Assembly (NCBI GenBank): GCA_965248445.1
Contig: CBDFJG010000004.1
Span: 1,600,001-1,664,000 of the forward strand
DNA from: Planctomycetota bacterium
GTDB taxonomy: Bacteria > Planctomycetota > JAJSAM01 > JAJVHW01
Length of the DNA stretch: 64,000 nucleotides
Direction: 5' to 3'
In this document: in pieces, positions 54,376 to 63,498 of the stretch
Layout of the letters: the number at the start of each line of letters is the position of its first letter
Position numbering within the stretch: the stretch's first letter is position 1
The notes under the pieces: model-generated
What the model was told of the DNA's origin: nothing
Database searches by the model: none
What the model saw: only the letters and a program-made list of their open reading frames with translations
Program-made: the position numbers and the translations under genes

Positions 54376-55605
54376 CTAGTCCCCGCGTCCACGTACCCCT
54401 GGGTCCGATGCCGACGCGCGGTAGACCCACTTCTCGTCGAACGGATCGACCTCTGCCAGCGACGTGGCATCGGTGACGCAGACCCGGGTCTCGTCCGCGG
54501 GGAACTCCTCGCCGACGGAACGCGGATAGTAGAGCCATCCCCTGCCGGAACCCGCGCCCGACCAACGTACGCGGAACGGCCCGAACGCGATCACCTTCAC
54601 ACCCTCGGTTGAGCCGCTCTCGACAGCCCCGTTCAGGCGATCGAGGGACGCGGCCCCATCCTCCCGGAATGCCCATTGCACGGACGTGCGCTCTGGCGTC
54701 ATCGCCTGCCCGCGCAGCGCGAATGCGCCCACGGCACGGGCGTTCCGCACAAGGATCACGCGACCATCCCGAACGCCAAGCCCACGGGACGCTCCACGGC
54801 GCCACAGGTGCGGACAGTCCTCGCGTCCGCTCTGGCCGACGGCGATCTGCCAGGCGGCGCCCGTGTGACCGAAGCGGATGGCCTCACACTCCACGCAGGT
54901 CTGCCGCACGATCACATCTCCCGCCACATCGCCCTCGGGAACCGGGACGTGGGGTCCGCCCGACGGCTGCGGATCGTCTGGTCGCGTGCTACGCCGCTCG
55001 ATGCGCAGTGCATCGACGAGCCAGCCGCGGGTGCGCGACCAGACGAATTGCGCCTCGACGTCGGATGCGCCGCCCTCGAACAGACCCACCATGGTGTGCC
55101 GGCTTCGGACCCGTTCGCCCTTCCAGCGCGGCTGTCCTTGGTGGCGAGGTGTCCGAACGCTGACGAACGCTCCGTGTTCCTGACGCAGTTTCGCCAACAC
55201 CTCCATCGACATGCCCGGACCCGCAGCGGGCGGCGGCGACGCGTCGCGCTCCGAGCCGAACGCAGCGGCAAGGAACTCGTCCACGATCCGGTCGCGCAGC
55301 AGCCCGTCCACGCGCTGCGGGGTGCGACGTTCAGCTTCCGGGTCATGGGCTTCGTGCTCGCGCAGCGCGGCGATCATCTCCTGGTCTTCGTCGGAGAGGA
55401 GATGCAATCGTTGCTGCCATCTGCTCAGCCACTCAGTCTGGTAGGCGTGCCAGCCCTCATCGATGGTGCCTGCGGACGCATCACGCGACGAAGGCGGGGC
55501 GGCAGGAGTGTCTTGCTGGGTAGCAATCCAGAAAGCACCCAGGCCGATGCAAGTAACCGTCAACGCGACACCGACGAGCACGATCCAGATCTTCCTCGGG
55601 TCCAC
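54376..55605 (-). CDS. Membrane-anchored hypothetical protein beginning with the shared MDPRK module
   Basis: TACCAT-N6-GTG start; N-terminal TM; 409 aa. Confidence 0.7.
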   Translation of the reverse strand: MDPRKIWIVLVGVALTVTCIGLGAFWIATQQDTPAAPPSSRDASAGTIDEGWHAYQTEWLSRWQQRLHLLSDEDQEMIAALREHEAHDPEAERRTPQRVDGLLRDRIVDEFLAAAFGSERDASPPPAAGPGMSMEVLAKLRQEHGAFVSVRTPRHQGQPRWKGERVRSRHTMVGLFEGGASDVEAQFVWSRTRGWLVDALRIERRSTRPDDPQPSGGPHVPVPEGDVAGDVIVRQTCVECEAIRFGHTGAAWQIAVGQSGREDCPHLWRRGASRGLGVRDGRVILVRNARAVGAFALRGQAMTPERTSVQWAFREDGAASLDRLNGAVESGSTEGVKVIAFGPFRVRWSGAGSGRGWLYYPRSVGEEFPADETRVCVTDATSLAEVDPFDEKWVYRASASDPGVRGRGD

Positions 55606-55621
55606 GCCCCGATGGTAGCGG
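55591..55621 (-). repeat. Dispersed 31-bp repeat, copy 1 (promoter + start module)
   Basis: CCGCTACCATCGGGGCGTGGACCCGAGGAAG, identical at 57603-57633 and 58939-58969. Confidence 0.95.
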
Positions 55622-55751
55622 GCGTGTCGGCGCATGAGCCGGCCCGGTCGCGCATCGCCGCCGTCATCCCGAGCCTGACGCCGTTCCGGAGCGGCGCGTG
55701 CAGGTTCATCGCGTATGCTGCTCGTTGGTTGGACGGGGCGTGGAGGCGCTC

Positions 55752-56900
55752 ATGACTGCAACACGCCGCCGCAGGGCACTCGTCCGCAACGTGATAGCTC
55801 TCGCCGCCGCCATCACCGTGTGCTCCACGGTGCCCGGCGTTGCAGGTCGCAAGCGCCCCCGCCGCGCGACGATCTCCGTCGAGACACCACTCGGGCTTCA
55901 AGGGCGCCGGAGTGCCGGAGAGCGCGTCGCGATCGTCTTCCACCTGGCCGACCGACGCCGCCGGCGGTTGATAGTGGACGTCGAGTACGGCTGGGACGTG
56001 AACGGTGATGGAGTCGTGAACGGCGGGTCGGACGGTCACATCTCAGGGCTCCCATCGGAGTACTACCCGGCCACCATCGCGGCCGACGACCCGCGCGATA
56101 CGGGCACTACTCGCCGCCGCCGCCGCGATCGGAGTCGGTTGCAGCGCGTCTTCGGGGCGTCGCGAAGTGGCGCTGCGCAGATCGTCGTGTGGGACTCGCT
56201 CCGTGACATCGGACGGTATCCGATTCTCTTCGGTCCCGTGCCGCTACGCACGCCACAGGGTCGCACGATCCCGGACCCCGACAACTCCCCGGGCAGCGTC
56301 CTTGTCAGATGCACTTCGCTCGGCGTCGTCATGCGCATGCGAGCCCGGCGTATCGGCCGCCGGTCCCCCCGATCGGACTGGGCGTACGCGCATCCCTTCT
56401 CGATCGACAACATGTCCGTGCCTTCGGCGGAGATCGAGGCGATCGGTGCGGTGGAACTGCCGGATGGCGTTGTGGCCATCGACTGGCGCGCGTTCCACGA
56501 CGACAGCGAGGACAAGGACGGCGACGGCGTCCTCGACCTGCGCGACCTCGAGGACTGGAACGGCAACGGCCTTCTGGACGCACTCCCCGTGGCGGTGGCG
56601 TTTGACCATCACCGGATCCAGCCCGGTGAGACCATCCCCGAGTTGGAGCACGAGCTTGCGGAGCTCGACTGGTGGCCGTGTACCCGGGCTTCCGATCGCG
56701 GCGACCCGGACGACGGCGTGCCCTCCGCGCCGACCGGCGTCGGTCGCGCCGCGACGTTCGTGTGGGACTTGGCCTTCGACCGCGGCTTGGCCGTCGACGC
56801 CGAGGGCGAGTACCTCGTGCGCGCGACTCCGTACGACGGCGCGAACGTCGGCGCGCCGGTGTACCGGCTCACCTCGGTGGCGATACCTGCCGACCGCTGA
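55752..56900 (+). CDS. Exported hypothetical protein with DxDGDG Ca-binding-like motifs
   Basis: GGAGG RBS; Arg-rich signal; DVNGDG, DKDGDG, DWNGNG. Confidence 0.72.
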   Translation: MTATRRRRALVRNVIALAAAITVCSTVPGVAGRKRPRRATISVETPLGLQGRRSAGERVAIVFHLADRRRRRLIVDVEYGWDVNGDGVVNGGSDGHISGLPSEYYPATIAADDPRDTGTTRRRRRDRSRLQRVFGASRSGAAQIVVWDSLRDIGRYPILFGPVPLRTPQGRTIPDPDNSPGSVLVRCTSLGVVMRMRARRIGRRSPRSDWAYAHPFSIDNMSVPSAEIEAIGAVELPDGVVAIDWRAFHDDSEDKDGDGVLDLRDLEDWNGNGLLDALPVAVAFDHHRIQPGETIPELEHELAELDWWPCTRASDRGDPDDGVPSAPTGVGRAATFVWDLAFDRGLAVDAEGEYLVRATPYDGANVGAPVYRLTSVAIPADR

Positions 56901-56907
56901 CGTCCCC

Positions 56908-57162
56908 GTGCATCCACCCCGCCGCCCGCGCCGCTGGAGCCCTCGTGCGTTCGGTGTCGTCGTGCGCGTCGCGGTGGTCGTCGGCCTGGTGGCGATGGTG
57001 GGGTGGCCGCAGAGGCACGCAACGTCGCGGAACCGATTTCTTGGAGGCGACTCCTGCCGCTATCGGCTGCAACTCACGCTTCTGCCGGGGGAGGTCGTCA
57101 GCCATTGGCACGGGAGCTGGCGCGACTCCTCCCTCGGCGTGATCGCTCCGCGCGGGGAGTGA
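56908..57162 (+). CDS. Small membrane protein or remnant starting MHPPRRPRRWSPRAFG
   Basis: GTG 56908; TM segment; 5' end homologous to 58482. Confidence 0.45.
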   Translation: MHPPRRPRRWSPRAFGVVVRVAVVVGLVAMVGWPQRHATSRNRFLGGDSCRYRLQLTLLPGEVVSHWHGSWRDSSLGVIAPRGE

Positions 57163-57335
57163 TGCGCACTCCGCTGGGGATGTGGCGTTGTGGCGGCTAG
57201 TAGGGGACACCCCCGATACGCTGGGCGTGCGAGCGCCGCGACCCGCCACGATCCCAGGGGCTTCGCGATTGCGACGCTCCCGTTGCAGGCGGGCCGACCG
57301 GCCCCCTAGAGTCGCGGGCTGAAGAGAGGTGGCTC

Positions 57336-57536
57336 ATGCTCGCGACCGCGCGTCTTGCATCCTGGCTCGTTACCGTCGGTGGACTCGCCGCGGGGGTCTA
57401 CTTGGTCGCGGGCTCGCCGGACGATGATGACTTTCTCACGCCGCGTGTACTCGTCGCCGCCTGCGGCATGGGGGTGCTGGCGCTTGTGATGTATCTGCTC
57501 GTGCTCCGTCCGCGCGGGAAGGGGCCTCCGGAGTGA
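57336..57536 (+). CDS. Small two-TM protein
   Basis: GAGGT RBS; two hydrophobic helices. Confidence 0.6.
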   Translation: MLATARLASWLVTVGGLAAGVYLVAGSPDDDDFLTPRVLVAACGMGVLALVMYLLVLRPRGKGPPE

Positions 57537-57592
57537 CCCCGAGGGCTCTTCCCGGCCCGTGAACACGGCACGGACCACGCCGAACAGCGACC

Positions 57593-57635
57593 AGCGGCGG
57601 GGCTTCCTCGGGTCCACGCCCCGATGGTAGCGGAG
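57593..57635 (-). repeat. Dispersed repeat, copy 2 (43 bp identical to copy 3)
   Basis: Direct comparison with 58929-58971. Confidence 0.95.
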
Positions 57636-57834
57636 GGGCGACTCACTACCCCTCCGCCAGCGCGACCAACCGCGCGACTCGGCGAAGGTAGGCTGCATCC
57701 CCTACGCTCTCTGCGATGAAGTACGCAGCGTCGAGTGGCCCACTTGCGGGCTGCTTGAATTCAGAGGCAAGGTCTCCCGACGCAGCCCTGGCCGACGCGA
57801 CGAGGACACTGCCGGACGCGCCGAGAGCGCCCGC

Positions 57835-58416
57835 GTGAGGGCTGCGTTCTCGCGTGCGGTGCTCGTCGCAGTCGCGACGTGCCTCGCCCTGCTCGTCTCC
57901 TGTGCGCTGGCGTGGGCCCCGGCGGGGCTGACGTGGCTCGCCGCGCCAGTAGTCCTGTTCGTTGCCACGTACTTGCTCGTTGTGCTGGGGCGGTTGCGGG
58001 CGACATCAGCGGATGGCGCCCCGGACTCGCGAGCCAGCGCGGTGCGACGCATTGGCGTCGTCTGCGTGTCGCTCGTCGTTGGCTCACTCATCCTGTTGGC
58101 GCTGGACCTCCCGGCCCGCGTCGCCTTCGTCGTCTGGCGGCACGACTTCGATCGGACGGCTGGCGCGTTCCATCCTGGCGAGCCGTGGCGGCAGGTCGGC
58201 CGCTACGTCGGCCCGTATCGCATCGACATGATCACGCGAGACGAGCGGGGTGGCCTCTACATCCGCGTTCGCGAGGAGTCGGGCATCCTGGAAACGTACT
58301 CCTACGGCTTCGCGCACGACGCCAACGCCGAGGGCACCCCGTTCGGCGACGCGGGGTACGCACGTACCCACCTGCGCGGCGGCTGGTCGTGGTTCGCCGT
58401 CAACGACGACTGGTAA
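57835..58416 (+). CDS. Hypothetical membrane protein
   Basis: Three TM segments then a soluble domain ending HLRGGWSWF. Confidence 0.7.
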   Translation: MRAAFSRAVLVAVATCLALLVSCALAWAPAGLTWLAAPVVLFVATYLLVVLGRLRATSADGAPDSRASAVRRIGVVCVSLVVGSLILLALDLPARVAFVVWRHDFDRTAGAFHPGEPWRQVGRYVGPYRIDMITRDERGGLYIRVREESGILETYSYGFAHDANAEGTPFGDAGYARTHLRGGWSWFAVNDDW

Positions 58417-58469
58417 GCCGCCGCCCACGCGGACTGACCTGCCGCTCCGCCGCGGGAACGTCGAGTCGC

Positions 58470-58559
58470 TAGACTGTCCCCATGCAGCCGCCCCGTCGGC
58501 CGAGGACATGGAGTCCTCGCGCGTCCGGTGACACCGCGTTCAACCCGCTAGTTCGATGA
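58470..58559 (+). pseudogene. Orphan promoter + 25-codon N-terminal module (MQPPRRPRTWSPRASG...)
   Basis: TAGACT-GTCCCC-ATG at 58470-58484; homologous to the 56908 start. Confidence 0.55.
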
Positions 58560-58928
58560 AGCAGGCTGTCTACTCAGTGTCCGAGACGAGCGAGAATACG
58601 TCGTCGTCGAGTGGCACGCATTGACTGGCGAAGCGGTGAATCACCCGATCTTCGAGCGTCTTCATGTCGCGGTACGTCAGAACCTCAACATGCGGAACAG
58701 CGATCGAACGGACCCGCACATGGCGCGCCTCACCGCCGAGCGTGAGCGCGAGTACGCACGCCGTCGTGAACCCGCGTGCGATCCACTTTCGCCGCGAGCC
58801 CCCGAGGCTCAGGGCGCTTCTAGGACGCCTCGGTGCGAACACACGCTGGGCTGAGTCCATTCGGCGAGTCGATCTGGAACTCGCGCTCATCCACGGGAGC
58901 CGGGTGATCACCTCGCACCTGCGCACGG

Positions 58929-58971
58929 AGCGGCGGGGCTTCCTCGGGTCCACGCCCCGATGGTAGCGGAG
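58929..58971 (-). repeat. Dispersed repeat, copy 3
   Basis: Direct comparison; begins track ORF 58570..58953. Confidence 0.95.
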
Positions 58972-59028
58972 CGACTCTTACCACGATGGCGGCGGACCTC
59001 CCGGGACGTCGCCAGGACCACGGAAGGA

Positions 59029-59295
59029 CTACGAGCGACTCCCCGGTGGCGGGTTCCGCCAGTGGTCGATCGCGTTAAGCAGCGCAAGCAGCGCGAACGG
59101 AAGGACCACGATCGTCACCATGGTCACGCCGACCTCGAAGCGGGACGGCTCAGGTCCGAACACGAGACCTGCGGCGCGCCGACCGCCGGCCCCGGCGACT
59201 CCCGCCATGAACCCCGCCAACGCTACGCAGAACAGGCACTCCGGTTGACGGCCAGACTCGTCGCGCCGGCCAATCGGCCATGTGCGTGTCTTCAC
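59029..59295 (-). CDS. Small membrane protein
   Basis: TACACT-N6-GTG start; two hydrophobic segments. Confidence 0.5.
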   Translation of the reverse strand: MKTRTWPIGRRDESGRQPECLFCVALAGFMAGVAGAGGRRAAGLVFGPEPSRFEVGVTMVTIVVLPFALLALLNAIDHWRNPPPGSRS

Positions 59296-59450
59296 GCTGC
59301 GAGTGTACTCAGTCACCGTGATCGAGTCGGAGGGTCCCGGTGAGCCCCGCGACCGACGAACACGACCGCACCAAGGTCGACTGGCTCACGATCATGCACG
59401 GCACGCAACGCGGCGTTACCGTGAGTCGAGCCGCGACGCGCGCGCCCTAG

Positions 59451-61053
59451 CCGCATCTGTTCACGAGACGTCGCGATGACGGTGCTTTCGGAGTCCACAG
59501 GGTCAGATCTTGGCCAGGCGAGGGCGGATGCTGTCGTCGTTGCCACAAGGGCAACGCGAGTGAGCGGCCGAAACGGCGCGGATTCTGCGGTGTGGGCAGA
59601 CCGTAGGCCGGGCGGTGGTGTGGCGGACGGCGCGGCGGGACGTCAGGTCGGCTTCGGGGATGCCAGCAGTCGTTGCGCGCAGCGCTCGAAGACGTGCTGC
59701 CAGGGCCACGACGAGGACATCGAGACCCAGATCCGGCGCGTCGTGATCCGCACGAGCGCGCCGATCTTGAGCAGCCGCAGGCGGATCGTGCCGGCTTGCG
59801 CACGCGCCATCTCGGTGCCGGCGAGACCGATGCGTCGCAGCGCACAGGTCAGGACGTAGGCCATGGCCGACATGGCCATCCGCACGGCGTTGCCCTGCAT
59901 CGTGTGCACCGACAGACGGGTGCCGAAGAGCTCGAGCTGCTGCTCCTTGATGCGATTCTCCGCCTCGCCCCGGGCGCAGTAGAGCTGCTCGTAGAGACGC
60001 TTGCTGCTCCAGCTACGAGGCGGCAGATTGGTCACCACGAAGCGGGGATTGCGCTTGCCGCCCGGCAGGTGCTCGGCCTTGGCGACCACGCGACGCCTCT
60101 GGCTCCAGCTCCCCAGCGTGGTCCAGGCAAAGTCGCGAAAGACCCGGGCTGCTCGGCCGGTCTGCACGGCACGGGCTGCGGCCTCATCGAGCGCGTCTTC
60201 GACGTGTCGCTCAAGGCGCTCATTGCGCGCCATGCCCAGCAGGTAGAAGTGGCCGGCGGCCTCGCACCAGGCCATCAGCTCCTCGCGGCAAAAGCCCGAG
60301 TCTGCGCGCACGAGCACCTTGGCCCGGGGCCAGCGGCGCCGCAGACGTAAGACCAGCGCACGGAGCTCGTCCACGACTCCGCGCGCGGGATCTCTGTCAG
60401 CGGTCTGGAGCCGAGCGAGCAAGAGGTGCTCGCCGCAGAAGACGTACAGCGGCAGGTAGCAGTAGTGCCCGTAGTAGCCGTGGAAGAAGCGGCCCTCCTG
60501 CCGGCCGTGCAGCCGCACGTCGGAGTGGTCCAGGTCCAGCACGAGCAGGCCCGGATCCTCCGGCCCCATGGCCTCGCAGAAGACGTCGCTGAGCACGCTG
60601 TCCACGCGCTCCTGGTCCATCTCGATCTTGGCGTAGCGCGTCTGTGCCGTGGCGCCGAGCTGCGTGGTCTCGAGCCGCGAGAGCGTCGGGTGCGTGGCCA
60701 GAGCACCCTCGCGCTTGCCGCACGCCGCGGCAAACAGCGGGTCCTTGCCGACATGGTCGTGGTCCACCAGATCCTCGTAGCCCGCGCACAGCCCGAAGAC
60801 CCGCTGACGCAGCATCTGGCCGACCGTGTGCTCGACCCGACGCGGGTCCCGGTGGTCCCCGAAGCAGCGCGCAAACCGCGAGAGCAGATCGATGCGACGA
60901 TCGGTCCGCTCGAGCAGCAGCACGCCCCCGTCGCTCGTCACGGTACCGGCGTCGAAGCGCGTCACCGCGGTGCGTCCACAGATGCCCGCGAAGAGGGTCC
61001 CCTGCGGGCTACAGTCTGTCGTCATCGGGCCGGCGCTCCTGTCGGTGCAAGTA
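59451..61053 (-). mobile_element. IS1380-family copy lacking its upstream IR end (first 1607-bp tandem unit)
   Basis: Matches 61058-62660 throughout by visual comparison; bounded by CTAG at 59447 and 61054. Confidence 0.9.
59643..61025 (-). CDS. IS1380-family transposase
   Basis: TSDGGVLLL, HGRQEGRFFHGYYGHYCYLPL, RADSGF, YCARGEAENRIKEQQ. Confidence 0.95.
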   Translation of the reverse strand: MTTDCSPQGTLFAGICGRTAVTRFDAGTVTSDGGVLLLERTDRRIDLLSRFARCFGDHRDPRRVEHTVGQMLRQRVFGLCAGYEDLVDHDHVGKDPLFAAACGKREGALATHPTLSRLETTQLGATAQTRYAKIEMDQERVDSVLSDVFCEAMGPEDPGLLVLDLDHSDVRLHGRQEGRFFHGYYGHYCYLPLYVFCGEHLLLARLQTADRDPARGVVDELRALVLRLRRRWPRAKVLVRADSGFCREELMAWCEAAGHFYLLGMARNERLERHVEDALDEAAARAVQTGRAARVFRDFAWTTLGSWSQRRRVVAKAEHLPGGKRNPRFVVTNLPPRSWSSKRLYEQLYCARGEAENRIKEQQLELFGTRLSVHTMQGNAVRMAMSAMAYVLTCALRRIGLAGTEMARAQAGTIRLRLLKIGALVRITTRRIWVSMSSSWPWQHVFERCAQRLLASPKPT

Positions 61054-61057
61054 CTAG

Positions 61058-62726
61058 CCGCATCTGTTCACGAGACGTCGCGATGACGGTGCTTTCGGAG
61101 TCCACAGGGTCAGATCTTGGCCAGGCGAGGGCGGATGCTGTCGTCGTTGCCACAAGGGCAACGCGAGTGAGCGGCCGAAACGGCGCGGATTCTGCGGTGT
61201 GGGCAGACCGTAGGCCGGGCGGTGGTGTGGCGGACGGCGCGGCGGGACGTCAGGTCGGCTTCGGGGATGCCAGCAGTCGTTGCGCGCAGCGCTCGAAGAC
61301 GTGCTGCCAGGGCCACGACGAGGACATCGAGACCCAGATCCGGCGCGTCGTGATCCGCACGAGCGCGCCGATCTTGAGCAGCCGCAGGCGGATCGTGCCG
61401 GCTTGCGCACGCGCCATCTCGGTGCCGGCGAGACCGATGCGTCGCAGCGCACAGGTCAGGACGTAGGCCATGGCCGACATGGCCATCCGCACGGCGTTGC
61501 CCTGCATCGTGTGCACCGACAGACGGGTGCCGAAGAGCTCGAGCTGCTGCTCCTTGATGCGATTCTCCGCCTCGCCCCGGGCGCAGTAGAGCTGCTCGTA
61601 GAGACGCTTGCTGCTCCAGCTACGAGGCGGCAGATTGGTCACCACGAAGCGGGGATTGCGCTTGCCGCCCGGCAGGTGCTCGGCCTTGGCGACCACGCGA
61701 CGCCTCTGGCTCCAGCTCCCCAGCGTGGTCCAGGCAAAGTCGCGAAAGACCCGGGCTGCTCGGCCGGTCTGCACGGCACGGGCTGCGGCCTCATCGAGCG
61801 CGTCTTCGACGTGTCGCTCAAGGCGCTCATTGCGCGCCATGCCCAGCAGGTAGAAGTGGCCGGCGGCCTCGCACCAGGCCATCAGCTCCTCGCGGCAAAA
61901 GCCCGAGTCTGCGCGCACGAGCACCTTGGCCCGGGGCCAGCGGCGCCGCAGACGTAAGACCAGCGCACGGAGCTCGTCCACGACTCCGCGCGCGGGATCT
62001 CTGTCAGCGGTCTGGAGCCGAGCGAGCAAGAGGTGCTCGCCGCAGAAGACGTACAGCGGCAGGTAGCAGTAGTGCCCGTAGTAGCCGTGGAAGAAGCGGC
62101 CCTCCTGCCGGCCGTGCAGCCGCACGTCGGAGTGGTCCAGGTCCAGCACGAGCAGGCCCGGATCCTCCGGCCCCATGGCCTCGCAGAAGACGTCGCTGAG
62201 CACGCTGTCCACGCGCTCCTGGTCCATCTCGATCTTGGCGTAGCGCGTCTGTGCCGTGGCGCCGAGCTGCGTGGTCTCGAGCCGCGAGAGCGTCGGGTGC
62301 GTGGCCAGAGCACCCTCGCGCTTGCCGCACGCCGCGGCAAACAGCGGGTCCTTGCCGACATGGTCGTGGTCCACCAGATCCTCGTAGCCCGCGCACAGCC
62401 CGAAGACCCGCTGACGCAGCATCTGGCCGACCGTGTGCTCGACCCGACGCGGGTCCCGGTGGTCCCCGAAGCAGCGCGCAAACCGCGAGAGCAGATCGAT
62501 GCGACGATCGGTCCGCTCGAGCAGCAGCACGCCCCCGTCGCTCGTCACGGTACCGGCGTCGAAGCGCGTCACCGCGGTGCGTCCACAGATGCCCGCGAAG
62601 AGGGTCCCCTGCGGGCTACAGTCTGTCGTCATCGGGCCGGCGCTCCTGTCGGTGCAAGTACTAGCGAGTACGAGCACTTAGACAGACGACGGCCCGCTCA
62701 GATTCCCGGCTGGTGAACGATTCGGG
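61058..62726 (-). mobile_element. Complete IS1380-family element (about 1669 bp) flanked by CTAG
   Basis: Imperfect IRs CCGCATCTGTTCAC and CCCGAATCGTTCAC (reverse complement of 62713-62726); CTAG at 61054 and 62727. Confidence 0.88.
61250..62632 (-). CDS. IS1380-family transposase, identical second copy
   Basis: Same 460-aa translation as 59643..61025. Confidence 0.95.
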   Translation of the reverse strand: MTTDCSPQGTLFAGICGRTAVTRFDAGTVTSDGGVLLLERTDRRIDLLSRFARCFGDHRDPRRVEHTVGQMLRQRVFGLCAGYEDLVDHDHVGKDPLFAAACGKREGALATHPTLSRLETTQLGATAQTRYAKIEMDQERVDSVLSDVFCEAMGPEDPGLLVLDLDHSDVRLHGRQEGRFFHGYYGHYCYLPLYVFCGEHLLLARLQTADRDPARGVVDELRALVLRLRRRWPRAKVLVRADSGFCREELMAWCEAAGHFYLLGMARNERLERHVEDALDEAAARAVQTGRAARVFRDFAWTTLGSWSQRRRVVAKAEHLPGGKRNPRFVVTNLPPRSWSSKRLYEQLYCARGEAENRIKEQQLELFGTRLSVHTMQGNAVRMAMSAMAYVLTCALRRIGLAGTEMARAQAGTIRLRLLKIGALVRITTRRIWVSMSSSWPWQHVFERCAQRLLASPKPT

Positions 62727-62732
62727 CTAGCC

Positions 62733-62761
62733 TTGCGGCTGCTCCGCACAAGTGATAACCT
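62733..62761 (+). promoter_or_regulatory. Putative sigma70 promoter of the 62829 gene
   Basis: TTGCGG-N17-TAACCT with extended -10 TG. Confidence 0.5.
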
Positions 62762-62828
62762 TTCCCTTGTCTAGACACCGCCTGGGCACCCGTTCAGGCA
62801 CACGCGATCCCACGTGGGAGATACAAGC

Positions 62829-63482
62829 ATGACGAGCAATAGCTTTGTTGTGGCTGCGACTCTCGGAAGCCTGCTGATGCTCGGCGGCCTTTCGTACGTC
62901 CAGCCTTCATCTGCTGGTTGAGGTCCTCCGTTCGCCTGCGGTGCAGGCACGAAGACCTTGGAAGTTGCCTGGGACTCGGGACTCCCGACTCCTGGTGAGG
63001 TCGAAGCCGCCATTACCGGTGTGCTCGCGTCCGAGACGGTTGGAGACGAGGAAGAAGAGGCGGAGTGGACGGTCGAAGAGCTGACCGACGCGAAGCCGAC
63101 GTTCCTCTACTACTACCGGAACAACAACACCGACCGGAACATGCACGAGGACGAGTACGAGTTCTCGCGTCGCTTCGAGATGGGCCTTCAGGAGAAGACC
63201 ATCACGCGCCTCAACGAGAAGTGGCGTGCGAAGAAGCTGCCCATCGACATGGATGTGGAGCTGAAGAAGCGTGAAGAGATGACCCGCATCGAGCTTTGGT
63301 CTGCCATGGAGACCAAGATGAAGGCGCTGACGATCAAGAAGAACGATCAGAAGCTCCTGGGCGCGGGCCCGCTCATGCGCATCCTTCGCAAGTACGAGAA
63401 GGTGAACAAGAATCTCTGCAAGAAGGAGATCAAGCGCCTCGAGAAGATCCAGAAGGACCTCGAGAAGAGCGCCTCGAAGTAA
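62829..63482 (+). CDS. Putative novel secreted selenoprotein, 217 aa, Sec31 (AG-U-GPPFAC)
   Basis: GGGAG RBS + ATG 62829; signal-peptide-like 30 codons; TGA 62919-62921; frame continues into track ORF 62958..63482; hairpin follows. Confidence 0.75.
62921..62958 (+). promoter_or_regulatory. Putative SECIS (GCCUGC-GGU-GCAGGC upper stem; AGGUC/GACCU lower stem)
   Basis: Loop begins 18 nt after the UGA and contains GU. Confidence 0.7.
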
Positions 63483-63498
63483 GTAGGCCGCTTACGAG

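Noticed and set aside
57160..57165. TGA-TGC as a fourth Sec site
   Set aside because: No recognisable redox fold or convincing SECIS; a true stop or frameshift in a decayed gene is simpler.
54300..59400. Integron cassette array or CRISPR array
   Set aside because: ORFs lie in both orientations, no RYYYAAC...GTTRRRY attC pattern was found, repeat spacing is 1.3-2 kb, and no intI or cas genes are present.
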